From: Octopus vulgaris
Lineage: Eukaryota
DNA length: 64,000 bases
Reading direction: 5' to 3'
Assembly (NCBI GenBank): GCA_951406725.2
Contig: OX597815.1
Location: 193,254,001-193,318,000 of the forward strand
Shown: positions 12,537 to 26,539 of the stretch, in pieces
Layout: every line of letters starts with the position of its first letter
Numbering within the stretch: position 1 is the stretch's first letter
The notes under the pieces: generated by a model
What the model was told of the DNA's origin: nothing
Database searches by the model: none
The model's input: only the letters and a program-made list of their open reading frames with translations
Program-made: the position numbers and the translations under genes

Positions 12537-12590
12537 AAAATACTTGTTTAAACCTGCGTTAACTCCATTTTTTATTCATATATGTATATA

Positions 12591-12621
<31 letters not shown>

Positions 12622-12708
12622 GCATTTATACTTATATTTATATTGTATATATATATATATATATATATAATGTATATACATATGTATTTATATGTGTATG
12701 GATCTGTA

Positions 12709-12767
<59 letters not shown>

Positions 12768-14235
12768 ATATATATATATATATGCAAGTGAATATTTATG
12801 TATATGCACTCGAATAATTACGCCAGGTTACACGCATGCAAGCGTGTGTGTAAATATAGAATTTTCGGTGCCAAAATGTATTTACGGATTGCATCCTAAA
12901 TATTATGCGTTTTCTTTACAGTTCATTTTATTTCATATCTCCTTCTTAAAATAAACACCCCACTGGCAAGCAAGTCCCTTATACACTAACATGCACTTCT
13001 CACGACATTTTTGCCCAAAAACTTAGACTTGCTTAGTCAAACTAACTTCAGTGAAATTTTTGGCGAGCACCAGTGTAATACAAAAGAGTTTTATTTTTAT
13101 TTTATTCTTATTTATTTATTACTATGGTTTAGGTTTCCTTAACGTCTCACAATTGCAGATCAGTTAGACCGGTGATTCTAAAGCGAAAATCATTCGATCC
13201 CCCACAGAATACGGTCTCACACATAAGTCTCGCGGCGAGTTAAAATGGCGTATACGGGTATTGCAGACATGTCTGTGAGTTCCCCAGCATTAATTGCTAG
13301 ACGCACGATCACATTTTTATAATCCACATTTTTAACTCGTTGAGATAATTTTGACAGTATAAATGTTGTATGTAATGATAACTGTCTATTATTAGATTTC
13401 CCTGTTTGTTATTCTGTTGAAACCGGATTTAAACCTGTTGAGTAAACTACCAATGAAAATTTGCTATCCTCTTAATAATGGTACTATTTTTTAAAAAAAT
13501 ACATATTTAGGTCAGCTACAAAGCTCAGGCTGAATAAGAATAACAATCCTTTAATTTTGTTACTCAATAGTTTAGCAGGTTAAGGTTTTGGTATTCATTT
13601 ATTTGCATTTTTACATATTTACCTATTTATTTATTTGCACCTCATAACCGGTCCGTGGAAGTAAATTATTTTCGCTACGCAATAACACTTGCTTTTGTAA
13701 GCTACAACGAAAATATTGTTGCGATATGATGCAGCTACAATAAACAGAAATTGCCAATGATAGATATTTTTTTAAACGATAACGTGTCTAAAGAAGGTAC
13801 AGCGGTAAGCAAAGTTCAAACGAAGGCCATAAGCAAGGTTATTTGAGAACAACTGACACGACGATCCTGGAAAACTGCAAGAAAGAGCGCTGCTTCACGA
13901 ACAATAGTAATAAATGTATTTAGTTATCGAAATAATGTTCGCAATTTCCTGATCAATTTCAAATTATTTTCTCAATCCTCAGAATGTACCATTCTGTTTC
14001 GTAACACTGATTTCTACACGCCAACCATTTTGCTTGCCATTCGATTCATCAAATATTGATCCAGAATCAAACCAACCAAAAGTTTTCTACTGAAAATTTT
14101 ACCAAAAATTTCTCCTTACATTATACCGACTATTTTACTCAATATATTTTGAAATTATATTAACCAAAATTTAACTGTGATCCCCGTTTCTATTCACCTA
14201 AAATATTCTACAATTTCAATCAATTTTTTTTAAAT

Positions 14236-14410
14236 AGGCGCTGGTATTCTATGTAGCTAAGTGGTTCTCTTTGAAGCCACGCATATGTATCTTCCGTTGC
14301 AGTCCCACAAGGGCGGACGCATCTTTGGCAAATGTCTTCTGTGTTAACTCCGGGTTGACCAATGCCTTATGAGTACTTTTGTCAGACAGAAATTCTGTGG
14401 ATGACCGTCC
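14236..14410 (+). mobile_element. Degenerate S2 SINE 5' half
   Basis: aggcgctggta...gcagtccca...tttggcaaatgtcttctg...ccgggttgaccaatgcctt. Confidence 0.6.
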
Positions 14411-14627
14411 ACACACACATAAACATATATGCGTATGTATATATATAATAATAATAAATATTAGGGAATAAATCCAAATTTACAGGGAAAAATCAGATTT
14501 AGGATTAAATCCAATTTTATAGTAAAATATTATATAATATAATTCGAGACAAAACCACTATTTTGCAAAACAAACAAGGAAAGACTTAATCAATACATAA
14601 AAATTTTTAATATAAAGAAATAAACCG

Positions 14628-14670
14628 CCACTACAATCGTTTCATGTCTTCAATGACATTCGTCAGGTGG
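14628..14670 (-). ncRNA. Minimal type I hammerhead ribozyme with intact core
   Basis: CCAC-CUGACGA-AUGUC-AUUGAA-GACAU-GAAA-CGAUUG-UA-GUGG: stems I and II perfect, GUA cleavage site, near-palindromic stem III. Confidence 0.85.
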
Positions 14671-17600
14671 ATTTTCGATCTAAAATATCAATATATTAAA
14701 ATATAAGTTTAAAACAATAAAATTATCAATGAAAAATATAAATATATATAACCTATATATAATCTATATATAATCTATATATAATCAATATATAATCTAA
14801 AATAAACCCTATAAACAATTGAATATAAAGAAACCTATTATTAAAGTTCTCATATTTAAAGATGTACAAAAAACAAAAATCAAAAAACAAAAAGCAAAAT
14901 ACAAAAAACAAAAAAACAAAAAACAAAACAACAAAAACAAAAAACAAAAAACAAAAAAACAAAAACAAAAACAAAAACAAAAGCAAAAACAAAAACAAAA
15001 TAAAATAAACTATATATACACACATGCTCATACACATATAACTAAATATATATAACCATATCTAAATACATACACTAACTCACACACCAATATATATATA
15101 TATCTATACATACACATAAAAACGTCTAGGCAACAATAAATGAATAAATTAAAAAAATAGCCAAATACTTCAACACATTACTTATTCTTACTCCCTCACA
15201 CACACATACAACCCACAGTCATAAACAATATGCATATACCCGCTCACACATACATATACATACATACAGAACTCGATAAATACACCAATATATTCACACC
15301 CACACCCATACAGATAAATAAATAACGCAAACAATCACACACACACACACACATTCACACATACATAAACACTCAAAAGAAAATAAACAATTCTTAGCGC
15401 GTGGTGATCGAACGTTTTTTAAAAAAATTATAAATGGAAAGAATGGAATAATATTTAATCAACGTAAAAATACAGAATTTACTCCAAAATCATTAATAAA
15501 CCAATCATGATAATGAAACCCATATATACATATAATGATAAAACACCCTATACCATACACAATAATCCCTATATAGCAATCCCCATATTACATTCACACA
15601 CAAAACTACACATACTTAAAACACACACCCATAACATATACATATACCCCCTCACATATACATATACATACGTACTAAACTCGATATATACAACAATATA
15701 TTCACACCCACACCCAAATAGATAAATAAAATACACAACCAAGTACGCACACACACACACATTTACACATACATAAACGTTATTCAAAATTATGAATGGA
15801 ATAAATGGAATAATATTTTAAACACTTAAACAGACAGAAATTACTACAAATTCTTTAATAAAACTACCATGATAAACGAAAACTCATATATACATATAAC
15901 GATAAAATCTCCCTTTACTAAACACTATAACATACTTATATAGCAATCCCCCTATCTATACATTCACACACAAATACACACACGTAAAACATACACCCAC
16001 TACATATACATATACCCACTCCACTCACACATACATATACATACGTACAAACCTCGATATATACATCAAAATATTCACTCCCACACCCATACAAATAAAT
16101 AAATATACGCACACACACACACATTTACACATACATAAACACTCAAAAGAAAAACAACACATCGACACATAATACGATATATAAAATACTCCATAAGTAA
16201 CCAGATTATCATAAGTAACAAGATTAACATAAGGAGAAAAAAATACATACCTCCTAATCTGTTTTAATTTATGAAGTGAATTCAAACTCTAGCCGTTATA
16301 ACTTTAAACAAGATTACGTTACCATAGGAACCGAACATATTTATAAAAATTCTTAGCTCGGTGAACGAACGTCATTTAAAATTATGAATGGAACAGAATG
16401 GAATTATAAAATTCTTTGCACGTGGAGAACGAACGTTATTCAAAATTATGAATGGAATAAATGGAATAATACAGACAGAAATTACTACAAATTCTTTAAT
16501 AAAACTACCATTATAAACGAAATACATATAACGATAAAAACTCCCTTTAGTAAACACTAGAACATACCTATATAGCAATCCCCCTATCTATACATTCACA
16601 CACAAATACACACACGTAAAACACACACCCACTACATATACATATACCCACTCCACTCACACATACAAATACATACGTACAAACCTCGATATATACATCA
16701 AAATATTCACTCCCACACCCATACAAATAAATAAATAAAATAAATATCCCTAAAAAAATGGGTGCAATCTCACGCACATCAATCATGCATGTATACAAGT
16801 GCATACACAAACACACACTTTTACATAGTAATCATGCACTCCCACATCTACACATGCACTTATACACGCGCACACATGCACACACACCCATAATATGCAT
16901 ATTCACAGACACTCTCCTAGACAACTAAATATACGTATAAATGGCTACAAAACAATACCCAATAAAAACCACCAAGAACAACATACCAAGCTATAATGCA
17001 TGGGGACTAAAATACTAAAATATTCTTAATAAAAAATCATGATAAATGAAATCCATACATACAAATATAAAGATAAAACCCCTTATCAAATCCACAATAC
17101 ACACAAATACACACACATATATACACACACCCACAAACATAACCATATACACACTCACACATACATATACATACGTACAAAACTCGATATATACACCAAT
17201 ATATTCAATCCGACTCTCAATAAATGATTAAATAAATACAAATACAAACATAAATATATATATATATAAAATATATAAATATATACATTCACACATATCA
17301 TCCCATACACATATTTATAAAATACACTCTTTCAAAAAAGTAAATAAATATTAATATATGTATATATGAGTGTGTACACGCAGACGGGTGCAATCACACG
17401 CACATTCAAAACATGCATTTATACAAGTGCATAAACAATCCCACTCAATTACATAGCACTCATACACTCCCGCATCTACACTTGCACTTGTACACACGCA
17501 CACATGCATACACACCCATACCTACCTATTCACGGATAATCTCCTAAATATCTATATAAACGTATATTGCAACAAACAATACCCAAATAAAACTGCCATA

Positions 17601-19415
17601 TTCAACATACCAAATAAAATACAAGGGGATTGTAAACATTCACACATACATACAAAACACAATATATACACCTCTAAATACGCCCAATCATCCATAATAA
17701 AATATCCCCATATATACATATAACATATACATAATAAAATAAATAAATAAATAAATAAATAAGTAAATAAAATAAAATAAATCTAATATAACTAAATAAA
17801 GTTTTAACTTACCATAAAATGAATTAATAAAAACAAAGAAATACCAATTAAAGACTAACTATAATTAAAGCCTAAACTATATAACTAAAAATATATATGG
17901 TACTCTAAACTAAGATTAATATTAAACTAAAGTAACCTTTAAAGGAAGCTATTAAAGTTATTTAACATGAAACTTATTATATAGGTAAAGTAACATATGT
18001 CTGCATTTTATTTTGCGCTCTTCACCTGTATTAAGTAAATTATCATACTTATAAAATAAAATTTCTTTAAACTCATTAGAGCATAAATAACAACAATTCG
18101 CTCCTATAGTATATGATTTAGTTTTACAAATTATTTCCCATGTTAAACTATAATTAATATTTTGTGATTTAAGTCTCCAAATGTACTTACTAAGTCCAGT
18201 GGAGTTGATTAAGTTTTTATTTTTAAAAGAATTCATATGTTGTGCGATTCTTAATTTTATTTTAGTGGAAGTAGACCCTATATAAACCGCTTTTGGGTAA
18301 TTATTATTCTTAAAATTATTATCATGTAATGTAACTATACATTTATACACTACATCTCTAATATCACAATTATTATTCAATATACATTTAAATTTATCTC
18401 TACAAGTACAATTAATATAAGTCTTATCTCTATTATTATTATTATCTAATAATTTATTTTTATAAAAATTATTCAGTTTAAATTTATTAAATGAAGAAAT
18501 AATGTTACCTACATTATTAGTGATGGAATAACCTACTCCAAAATTATTACTAGAGAAAATGTTTCTATATTTACGATTATCTCTAATAAATAGTTCTATA
18601 ATATCTAAAATCTCTTTGATAATATTCGTTTTAACTTGAACACCATAAGGAACTATTAACCAAATTTTATTCTTATTAACCTTATTACAATTGTCATTAT
18701 TATAATTATTATATTTATAATAATTTAACTTATTAAAATTATTATCAGAATTATATCTATGTACAGCATTTAAGGAATTATTAATATTATTAATTGTATC
18801 ACTATTATTATTATTATTATTATAATTATTAATTTTATTATTATTTTTATTATTCTTACTTTTATTATTATTATTTCCATTTTTATTTTTATTTTTATTA
18901 TTATTTTTATTTTTATAATTTCTAATATTTTTACCACTAATACTAACAAAATTATAATTATTATTATAATTATCTCGAAAATTATTAGTTAAATCTGTAT
19001 CATTAATATTATAAAATTTAATATTCTTATTATAACCTGCCCCTCTAAGGGCCTCATTATAATAAGTAGCATGTTTATTAAAAATCTCTATATCATAAGA
19101 GAGTAATGAAATACGTTTACTTATTGTTTTTTGTTTTTTGTTTTTGTTGTTTTGTTTTTTTGTTTTTCTGTTTTTTGTATTTTGTTTTTTGTTTTTTGTT
19201 TTTTGTTTTTTGTTTTTTGTACATCTTTAAATATGAGAACTTTAATAATAGGTTTCTTTATATTCAATTGTTTATAGGGTTTATTTTAGATTATATATTG
19301 ATTATACATAGATTATATATAGATTATATATAGGTTATATATATTTATATTTTTCATTGATAATTTTATTGTTTTAAACTTATATTTTAATATATTGATA
19401 TTTTAGATCGAAAAT

Positions 19416-19458
19416 CCACCTGACGAATGTCATTGAAGATATAAAACGATTGTAGTGG
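19416..19458 (+). ncRNA. Mutated copy of the same hammerhead (GAAA to AAAA)
   Basis: ccac-ctgacga-atgtc-attgaa-gatat-aaaa-cgattg-ta-gtgg. Confidence 0.75.
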
Positions 19459-19544
19459 CGGTTTATTTCTTTATATTAAAAATTTTTATGTATTGATTAA
19501 GTCTTTCCTTGTTTGTTTTGCAAAATAGTGGTTTTGTCTCGAAT

Positions 19545-19602
<58 letters not shown>

Positions 19603-20657
19603 GTATGTATGTATGTATGTATATATGTGTGTGTGTGTAGAAAGAGAAACGATGAAAAAGCACTGAAGATTTGTTTTACAGGATTTAAGAGAATATTACA
19701 GTCATGATAATACAGATATACAATTAAGGGGTTGTTCTTTCAACATAATTGAAGTAAGGATCGGTCTCGCATTGCTCATCAAGCTGGGAGCTAAAAAGAT
19801 ATGTTGCTAGGGAGGAAAATATATTACTCGGGGTGATAATTGTTCACTCATTTATTTTGCAGTAAGGGGGAGGTAAATCTGTAATTTTTACTTTTTGTTT
19901 TCTTTTGTGTTCTCTGTTTTATTATGGCTTATATTTTCCATTAGATGGGATAAGTCCTTTATTTTGAATATAGGTTCATTAGCAAGTTTGGTTTATAGTT
20001 TTGGGTAAATGAGGTTTCTTTATTCGGTGCTAGGAATAAGCTCGTGATGAAACAGCTAAAAATACGGGAACGTAGTTAACCCCAACATAACCAACTCACA
20101 GCGATAATTGTCCGGAATTGTCCGGAATTTTCCAGCTGCCATCACTAAATTTGCCTGCCTCTCCAAATTTGGTTAACAAACACGGCTGTGGAATATATCC
20201 AACTTAGAAACATCTTGAAACTACAGTTCATACGAATTTCTTCTACATTTTCGAAAATATCGTTGAGCGACAAGACATTCCCAACTGTATTAAGAAAATA
20301 ATGTTACAGCCCTAATGTTGAGAGTTATCAATGATCTCACTGGAGAGAGAGGATGATTTGCCTTTTTATAGCATTTATTGTTTAGCTTTCTTCCTTTATT
20401 CTTGACGTTCGTCTGCATTCATTTCCTCACGTCACGGTGTTATTTTTTGCCTCTTTTTTATTACATCTTCTCGCTGTTGCTCTCTGGTCCGTCCCATATA
20501 ACTGTGTATCCTTTTAACCCTTATAAACAATTATCATTTTTCTTAAGCGTCCAGACGATAAATAATTGCGATTGTCACTATAAAAAAATTAGTTCAATAA
20601 AAAGAAAAAAAATTTTCAATATCAACTCACCACCACCGCTATCTGCCTCTCTGTCTG

Positions 20658-20702
<45 letters not shown>

Positions 20703-21204
20703 GTCTCTCTTTCTGTCTTTATCAACATAACTGCCTCCCTATCCATCTCTATCTACCTTTCCCTTTTAAACCACGTAATAAGTATTCTTTCACCACCCCA
20801 ATGCACGTCGTTAACACTTCTCACTCCCTCTTTTTTTCCCCCGTTCTTCGCTTCTACCTTCAGCCGACCACGCGACCATTTGGGTTAGTGTATTAATATT
20901 AATCACCTTTCTCTTCTTATTCTTCTTTTCTTCTGTCATTCCTTCTTTTCTCTCTCTTTCTTTTTCTCCTCTCTCTCCTCCACCTCTATCCCTCTAACTA
21001 ACTAATGTATATCGGGCGAACGAACATGCACATTATTATACAGATAATAATTAGCGCACGTGTTTTTGTAATTGAATGTCAGTGACAATTTGGATAAGCT
21101 GAGGTTTACAGAAAAACAAATCAGCCAGGTAACTACATCAAGGAAGAATAATAGAAACCCAGAGGACAATTAAAGTAATAAAACCTAGAGGAGAACATAC
21201 ATGC

Positions 21205-21408
21205 ACGCCATGATAGATCGTTAGCCACTACACACATTTTTTTTGTCTCCTTGTTTTCTCTCCTTGTTTTCTGTGTCCCTTTCTGTAGAAGAGCGTAGGC
21301 TCGAAACGTAAATGACTTTTTCTATTCCTGAGTGTTATACTAATACATCTGTTTGTTTTGTACACCACCTGTCTTCGCCTTTTGTTATTTTTTTAGTAAA
21401 CTCTCCCT
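21205..21408 (+). mobile_element. Probable Penelope pLTR end with degenerate hammerhead-like hairpin
   Basis: tagaa-GAGC-gtag-GCTC-GAAA-CG-TA at 21283-21310; runs into (CATA)n; CUGA core not intact. Confidence 0.4.
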
Positions 21409-21913
21409 ACATACATACATACATACATACATACATACATACATACATACATACATACATACATAATTGGAGAGCTTGGTTTTGTAAGTAAATACCTTAC
21501 TGTCAGTCGGGATAAGACTGGATTTTTAGAAGAAGAAATCAACCAATTGTTTCACATTTATAAATACAATCTCTAAGCGGAACAGTAAAGCCAAGCAAGA
21601 CTTTCCTCAGGTTCAAATTGGGACAATGTTTTCGTTATTTATTAATACATTCCAAAGATGGAGTCTTGTACCTTTATTAGAAACCAGCTTTTTCTTCAGC
21701 GGAAGAATTTAAGTGATTAAAAACAGGAGATATATACATACTTTCATGGTCCTCCTGAAATACATTAACACCTATTTTCAAAAGTTCTTTTCAAGGAAAG
21801 ATTCATAGGCATCATAAAGACATTAATTTTGTTTGACTATGAAATACTTGCTATCATTGTTTGAGCCTGCGTACGTTCTGTTTAGCATGATATGGAGTCT
21901 ACATAACTATAGT

Positions 21914-22296
21914 GGAGGCGCAATGGCCCAGTGGTTAGGGCAGCGGACTCGCGGTCGTACGATCGCGATTTCGATTCCCAGACAGGACGTTGTGAGTGTT
22001 TATTGAGCGAAAACACCTAAAGCTCCACGAGGCTCCGGCAGGGATGGTGGTGATCCCTGCTGTACTCTTTCACCACAACTTTCTCTCACTCTTACTTCCT
22101 GTTTCTGTTGTATCTGTATTTCAAAGGGCCAGCCTTGTCACTCTCTGTGTCACGCTGAATATCCCCGAGAACTACGTTAAGGGTACACGTGTCTGTGGAG
22201 TGCTCAGCCACATGCACGTTAATTTCATGAGCAGGCTGTTCCGTTGATCGGATCAACCCGAACCCTCGTCGTCGTAACCGACGGAGTGCTTCCAAA
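21914..22296 (+). mobile_element. Full-length tRNA-derived SINE (family S3) ~200 bp upstream of the dispanin TSS
   Basis: A box tggcccagtgg, B box tttcgattccc; flanking acataa(c/a)tata; near-identical copy at 30038-30420. Confidence 0.9.
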
Positions 22297-22474
22297 AAAA
22301 CATAAATATATCATCAAGAAAGAGGTTTCAATGAACAACCTATCCTTTTTCAGGATATGACCATTTCAATACTTTTGCTCACATGTAAGCTGTTCATAAA
22401 GAATTATATCCTGAAAGGGAAGTATTTTCTAAAGGAAATAACCTTTCTCACGTTAGTAACGTAACCTGTCACTC

Positions 22475-22508
22475 TATTTATAAATTACTGCTAACACTAC
22501 CCTCAGTT
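22475..22508 (+). promoter_or_regulatory. Core promoter of dispanin paralog 2: TATA box + initiator
   Basis: TATTTATAAA at 22475-22484 and Inr-type TCAGTT at 22503-22508 (A+1 = 22505, 30 nt after the TATA start), ~115 nt before the ATG and GTAAGT donor. Confidence 0.65.
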
Positions 22509-22618
22509 CACACAGTTGCTACTTCAGTGAGAAAGATGAGTTGGATCACGAACATTTTTGGATTTTCCAAATTCAGTGTTTTATTGCTAGCAGCACGAAG
22601 CAGCAGAGATTCACAGAC

Positions 22619-22628
22619 ATGGAAGCCA
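22619..22628 (+). CDS. Dispanin paralog 2, coding exon 1 (M-E-A + 1 nt)
   Basis: gacATGG Kozak context, ATG GAA GCC A then GTAAGT donor; phase 1 fits exon 2. Confidence 0.7.
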
Positions 22629-23082
22629 GTAAGTATATATTAATGAATTTTCGCAAGTCCTCATTATATATCCACTTCTAAAACTCTTTTTCTAAACACA
22701 TTCTACGATTTAATCGATAAGGCGTTAACAAAATTCCAGTTTTCCATTCCATCAGTTGACGAATGTTAATTAAAAACTAATTTGAACACGCTTGTAATAT
22801 ACGCTGGACTAACTGAGCCCAATTCTAAAAGGTATTGTTGATTTCTGATAAAGATTTTTTTAGCACCCTACGTGCATGTGAATGTATTCGAATGTTTCAA
22901 CAACTATATATGTATGTGCGCTGTTGAGAAACGGAGAAAAAGAAAACTCCATACGTAAAAAAAAAACAGAACATTACAGTTGTTACTTTAAATTTAAGCT
23001 TCTGTATATACATTCACACAAACATACATGCGCACGCACATACATAAAGACTCACATACACGCATTCAAATATGTATACATG

Positions 23083-23342
<260 letters not shown>

Positions 23343-23379
23343 AATGGATATATAGATATTTATATATATTCTTATATTC

Positions 23380-23610
23380 CTTTACTTATTTCAGTCATTT
23401 GACTGCGGCCATGCTGTAGCACCACCTTGAAGAGTTTTAGTCGATGAAATTTACCCCAAGACGTTGTAAGCCTAGCATTTATTCTAAGGGTATCTTTTGC
23501 CGAACCGTTAAATTTCGGGGTCGTAAACACTCTAACATCAATTTCAAGGGACAGAATAAAGGGAAGCACAAATAAATATATACGACAGGATTATTTTCAT
23601 TTTCTGTCTA

Positions 23611-23612
<2 letters not shown>
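23380..23612 (-). mobile_element. Degenerate S2 SINE, 3' part
   Basis: tttcagtcatttgactgcggccatgctg...ttttgccgaaccg. Confidence 0.75.
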
Positions 23613-24101
<489 letters not shown>

Positions 24102-24396
24102 AGGGAAGCAGTGGCCGACAACAGAATGGTATAGTCGAGTCTTATTGTGTATCTGATAAAATATTACCAGCTTGCCAATAAATGTGTGAGGAGATCGCAG
24201 CCGTTTGCATGGTGATATCGTTTTATTGGTTATGTTTCAATTCCATCAAACAATGAGCGACAATTTGGCATGTAGCTGTCTTCGAGAATTTTGTGTTACT
24301 CATTTTCGTCTTCTTTTCGCTGCATGGTATGTCGTTTTAGAGTTTGGTAATGATTGTCTAAAAATTAATACTATCAATATTTTTTTATTATCATAC

Positions 24397-24862
24397 AAGG
24401 CGGTGAGCCTGGCAGAACCGTCAGCACGCTGGTCAAAATGCGTAGCCGTTACGTTCTGAGTTCAAATTCCGCCAAGGTCGACTTTGCCTTTCATCCTTTC
24501 GGGGTCGATAAATTACTTACCAGTTACGCACTGGGGTCGATGTAATCGACTTAATCCGTTTGTCTGTCCTTGTTTGTCCCCTCTGTGTTTAGCCCCTCGT
24601 GGGTAGTAAAGAAATATAAAAATTAATACTATCAATATTTTTTTTACCATACAAGGCGGTGAGCTGGCAGAACCGTTAGCACGCCGGTCGAAATGCGTAG
24701 CTGTATTTGTCTGTCGTTACGTTCAGAGTTCAAATTCCGCCGAGGTCGACTTTGCCTTTCATCCTTTCGGGGTCGATAAATTAACTACCGGTTACGCACT
24801 GGGGTCGTTTGTCTGTCCTTGTTTGTCCCCTCTATGTTTAGCTCCTTGTGGGTAATAAAGTA
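24397..24862 (+). mobile_element. Two tandem S1 SINEs
   Basis: 24397-24615 and 24653-24862, each preceded by aaaaattaatactatcaatatttttttt..catac. Confidence 0.9.
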
Positions 24863-25261
24863 ACAAATATTTTTCTACTATACATCTCTTTATAATACTG
24901 CTATTAATAATATTCTAGCTACTACTCAGTATGCCTCTGTATAATAATAAACAAATATTTGTATTGGTTTCCATTCAGCCCCTTTGGCAAAAATAATTAT
25001 GTTTTTACTATCCTACAAAAAACAAATACATCTAATCACACTGCTTGTAGTTGTTCTCGTAAATAGCTAAAAACTTTTTTTCTGTCCTGAAGCATTCTTG
25101 GTTTATTATTCTTGTCAAAATGGTCATTCTTCTTTCATCATTCTATAACAAAATTCTATGCTTCTTCGATTTCAGTTTGCATACACTTTTATTGTAATAC
25201 AGTTTTGTATTTATTAACAAGTAATTTACTCTTCATTTTTTTCTCTATAAGCAACAGTTTT

Positions 25262-25683
25262 TGGATCTTTTCGGTTTGAACTTCAGTTTTTCTAGCGGTG
25301 TCATATGAAATTGTCATCCATAATTATGACCCTAGTATCGATCTATTGCAATTTCAACCTGTTTTAGGGTTAGGGTTAGGGGTGGGGGAAGGGTATCTTT
25401 TTTTTCTTCACAAATGTAAATAAACCCAATCTGTTTCTTAAACGAGGGACATATTCATACGGCACAGAATGTTTTTTTTACCTCAATAGACGTCAGTGAT
25501 TGGTTGAAATTGCAGAAATTGAAGAAAAAACAACAACAAATATCTTACAAACCATAGAATTTTCTCAATAAAGCCAAGAGAAAAAGATGTTTTATAAATA
25601 CATTGTACCAGTATACGAAGTTTAAAAGTGTTTAGTTACCTAAAAATTATGTTAAAAACTGCCGTTCAAACCGAAAAGATCCA
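25262..25683 (+). mobile_element. Non-autonomous TIR element with internal TTAGGG repeats
   Basis: ~30-bp TIRs tggatcttttcggtttgaac..cagttttt / aaaaactg..gttcaaaccgaaaagatcca; ttagggttagggttaggg at ~25364-25381. Confidence 0.85.
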
Positions 25684-26116
25684 TTTACTCTTCATTTTTT
25701 TCTCTATAAGCAACATTTAAAAAAAATAATTAGTAAATAAATATTTCAACCAGCATACAACTTGATTTTAATGTGGATAACCTTACATGTAGTTTTCTTA
25801 ATGTATTTATTTCAATTATCAACCTTATTTGACTCATAAAATAAAATCTTAATATTTTTCGTTCACTTCTGTCAGTAAAATTTAGTATGATAAAATTTTG
25901 TGTATTCAGTGACAATTAGATTCCTTCACTATTAAATTGACACTCTGCGTGCTTTCTTCGTTTTTGATTGACAAATAATTTGTCAAAAATATATATATCG
26001 ATAACTCACAAACTATATATCAGTAAAGCTATTCATTCTGCTCGGTGGTTAATGTAAACAATACTAATCATATATATTCACGAATTGAATCGAGGTTCTT
26101 TTGACATTGAACACAT

Positions 26117-26492
26117 TTAGACAAACGAGGACAGACAAACGGATTAAGTCTATTATATTGACCCCAGTGCGTAACTGGTACTTATTTAATCGATCCTGAA
26201 AGGATGAAAGGCAAAGTCGACCTCGGCGGAATTTGAACTCAGAACGTAGCGGCGGGCGAAATACCTATTTCTTTACTACCCACAAGGGGCTAAACACAGT
26301 GAGGACAAACAAGGACAGACAAACGAATTAAGTCGATTATATCGACCCCAGTGCGTAATTGGTACTTATTTAATCGACCCCGAAAGGAGGAAAGGCAAAG
26401 TCGACCTTGGCGGAATTTGAACTCAGAACGTAGCGGCAGACGAAATACTGCTAAGCATTTCGCGTGCTAATGTCTCTTCCAGCTCGCCGCTT
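26117..26492 (-). mobile_element. Nested/tandem S1 SINEs
   Basis: Two cores (26117-26263 partial, 26266-26492 full). Confidence 0.85.
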
Positions 26493-26539
26493 TTTTCTCA
26501 GAAGGTAGTGGCAGGCGAAATACCGCCACACGAATTACG

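Larger units (their letters stand above)
10745..12581 (+). mobile_element. 5'-truncated Penelope-like element (probably Naiad-type) with inverted pLTR
   Basis: ORFs 11170-11745 and 11709-12248 (one frameshift): SNHP..I..RLS.LS thumb, IYQC..FYIGST..RISIH GIY-YIG, CLLC..E, CKH; ~258-bp inverted repeat 10891-11148 vs 12323-12581; (TA)n on both sides. Confidence 0.88.
14447..19552 (-). mobile_element. Penelope-like element (probably Naiad-type), 5'-truncated, with inverted pLTR and ~3-kb repetitive 3' region
   Basis: Frame open by my reading from 19103 to stop at 17958 (382 codons): thumb, Asn-rich linker, WLIVPYG, CTC..C..C, VYKC..VYIGST..KLRIAQH GIY-YIG, CYLC..E, CRH. Inverted repeat ~14529-15000 vs ~19120-19552; (TA)n flanks. 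Confidence 0.88.

Noticed and set aside
15200-17250. CRISPR-like repeat-spacer array
   Set aside because: Eukaryotic context, irregular spacing, homologous spacers, no cas genes.
21790-21798. GAS/STAT-like TTCAAGGAA upstream of the promoter
   Set aside because: Six specified bases; expected many times by chance.
21914-21990. tRNA genes in SINE heads (also 9860-9931, 30038, 31380-31450)
   Set aside because: A/B boxes present but no closed acceptor stem, and they continue into SINE bodies, several with TSDs.
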